From Octopus bimaculoides (lineage: Eukaryota), in contig NC_068981.1 in the NCBI RefSeq assembly GCF_001194135.2, positions 65,803,727 to 65,867,726 on the forward strand: 64,000 nucleotides of DNA. The letters run 5' to 3'. Under the pieces are notes generated by a model. It ran no database searches, had not been told where the DNA came from, and saw only the letters and a program-made list of their open reading frames with translations. Below are positions 61,593 through 64,000 of the stretch, piece by piece. The position numbers and the translations under genes were made by a program. Numbering within the stretch: position 1 is the stretch's first letter; every line of letters starts with the position of its first letter.

Positions 61593-62450
61593 AGGATGCC
61601 TTATTTCAACTGACTATAGAAGCAGATGTGTTGCATAAGATTAATATCAAGGATCTGATCAAAAACTTTGCAATTAAAAAAAGTAGGAAAAAAGCTTTTC
61701 AAATATAAAGCGAAAGTATACAGAAATAAACATTATTTTCCATCTTACTGTTAGTTTTGTTTCATTTCGAAAAGTAAAAATCTACTTATTGTTTATATTT
61801 TAAATTACATATGTATGGGGCCACCAAAATCTGTTAAGTGCTTAGGGCCTCTATGGGCCTTAATCCTGTTCTGTTGTCAAGTACTAAACAATAACAATAA
61901 CAGCACGAAATAATTATAAAGAAGGCAGGTGATGCCCGTGAGGGTGCTTGACTATTCCAACACCTTAGCCTAGCCATCACCCAAGCATGTTGGATTACTT
62001 CAGCAGGTTCTGTTCAACCTTGGGGTGTGCGACCAATTGATGCACTTAGTGTTAAATTGATGACTTTTTCTTCTTTCTTCCTCTTCCTTTTCTTTTTCTC
62101 TTTGTTTCTTTCTTCACTCATGTTCGCGTTTTCTTCAGTTTTGGATTTGAAATTTTCATATTTAAATTATCAGTTATCAAAATGAAAATGAATAAAATTA
62201 TTCTGAATATAAAAAAAAAAAATTATAAAGATAACACCATTACTAATTTTATTTATGTTTTGTTTTCTATTGTGACATACCTTGAACTGATAACCAGTCA
62301 ATCTATTTTCTCTCTTTCTCTCTCTCTTTGATTATATCATCATCATCATTGTTATTGTTGTTGTTATAGTCATTGCTTTAATGTCTACTTTTCCGTGTTT
62401 GCAGGAGTCAGACAAGAGTACATTGTGACAGTTTTTTTTTAAAGTTCTTT

Positions 62451-63276
62451 CGGATCTTTTTGGTTTGACGGGCAACACTTATTTTCTTAACGAAACACTT
62501 TGAAACTTGGGATACTGGTAGAATGTGTCATATAAAACATCTTTTTCTCTTAGCCTTCTTAACAAAAATTAGTTCTTAATAAGTTATTTCATGTTAAAGT
62601 TGTCGTATTTCTGAAATTTCAACCAATCACTGACGTCTATTGAGGTGAAAACAATTACTACCGTAACGGTGTTATGGGATCTTTTCCCTTGAATAAAATT
62701 AGTGCCGTTGTTTGTCAACAACAACTATCGGCGGTAGTTATTTATAACATCGTTCGTGCGTTTGGGTTAGGGTTCGGGTTTTAGAGTTAGGGTTTTAGGG
62801 TTAGAGTTGGGGTTAGGGTTAGGGTTATGGTTATGAGTTATAGGGTTTTAGGGTTAGGGTTAGGGTTATGAGTGAGGTTATGGCAAAAATAATCATAACC
62901 CTAACCATAACTCTAAAACCGGAACCCTAACCCTAAAACCCTAAAGCTAAAACCAGTACAAACGCACGAACGATGTTATAAATAACAGTACCGCCGATAG
63001 TTGTTGTTGACAAACAACGGCACTAATTTTATTCAAGGGAAAAGATCCCATAACACCGTTACGGCAGTAATTGTTTTCACCTCAATAGACGTCAGTGATT
63101 GGTTGAAATTACACAAATGCGACATCGTTTTACATGAAATAACTTTGAATACAAAAATTTGTATCTGTTCTATAAAACAAAATATACCAATATACGAATT
63201 TTGAAAGTGTTTCGGTACCAAAAACACTACATAAAACATAAATGAAAAATGTTGCCCGTCAAACCAAAAAGATCCG
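62451..63276. mobile_element. Foldback MITE with an inverted telomere-like core
   Basis: 27-bp perfect TIR cggatctttttggtttgacgggcaaca; 6-bp TSD TTCTTT; inner inverted repeat of about 180 bp; TTAGGG-like and CCCTAA-like arrays in the centre. Confidence 0.9.
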
Positions 63277-63624
63277 TTCTTTCAGCAGGATGCCCTTCCA
63301 CTTGGTATCCCCACTTTGAAACAAGTGGAATAATAGACTTGCAGTCCACTACACAACAAACAGCTTGGTCATGCTTTCATAAGAAAATCAAACTATCGAT
63401 GAAGCTGTTGTTTATAAACCTGTAAATGTGAAGGAAATAGGATCTCACACAAAGACAAACATGTACACAGACACACAGATACACAAACGTTAGACTTCTT
63501 TCAGTTTCACTCAGCAGGTCTTTGGTGGCCTAGGGCTATAATAGAAGGTACTTTTCATGCAGTGGGACTGAATCTGAAAGACAAGGGTGGAAAATGAACT
63601 TCTCAACTACACGGCCATGCCTGT

Positions 63625-64000
63625 ACTTTATGTATGTATGTATGTATGTATGTATGTATGTATGTATGTATGTATGTGTGTGTGTGTACATATGTATGTA
63701 CGTACTTAAGTATGCATGTACATATGTACATACATATGTATGCGGATGTACATACATACATACATATGCATTTATGTATGTATATTTGTAGGTATTTATG
63801 TATAAATGTGTGTATGTATCTATGTGTGTGTGTGTACGTATGTACATATGTATGTACGTACCTAAGTATGTATGTACGTATGTACATACGTGTGCAGATG
63901 TACGTACATACATATGTATGTATACATGTAGGTATTTATGTGTGTATGTATGTATGTGAATGTCCGTATGAATGTATGTACATATGTATGTGTGTACATG
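63625..64000. repeat. (TATG)n and compound AT/GT microsatellite
   Basis: Direct reading. Confidence 0.95.

Noticed and set aside
62766-62952. Head-to-head telomeric arrays as evidence of a chromosome fusion
   Set aside because: They sit inside a TIR- and TSD-bounded element, so transposon origin explains them.

Overview
AT-rich animal genomic DNA from a draft assembly with six N-gaps. The SINE families look like those of Octopus (recognised from memory, so this is inference). The main feature is a minus-strand prosaposin-like gene that I assembled by hand from 13 short GT-AG exons (41172 down to 3599, 343 codons). It encodes a signal peptide, one SapA domain, two complete 6-Cys SapB domains and part of a third; the gene continues off the left edge. 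The ORF track misses it because the exons are only 40-164 nt. Everything else I can support is repeat DNA: tRNA-derived SINEs of several families, an RT-deleted Ty3/Gypsy element in intron 1, a full-length decayed Tc1-like element, Helitron remnants, CR1/RTE/L1-like fragments, MITEs (including a foldback element with an inverted telomere-like core) and microsatellites. A CpG-retaining zone at about 40.4-45.3 kb marks the likely promoter. No second protein-coding gene could be supported. Identities are by eye and most SINE/LINE boundaries are approximate.
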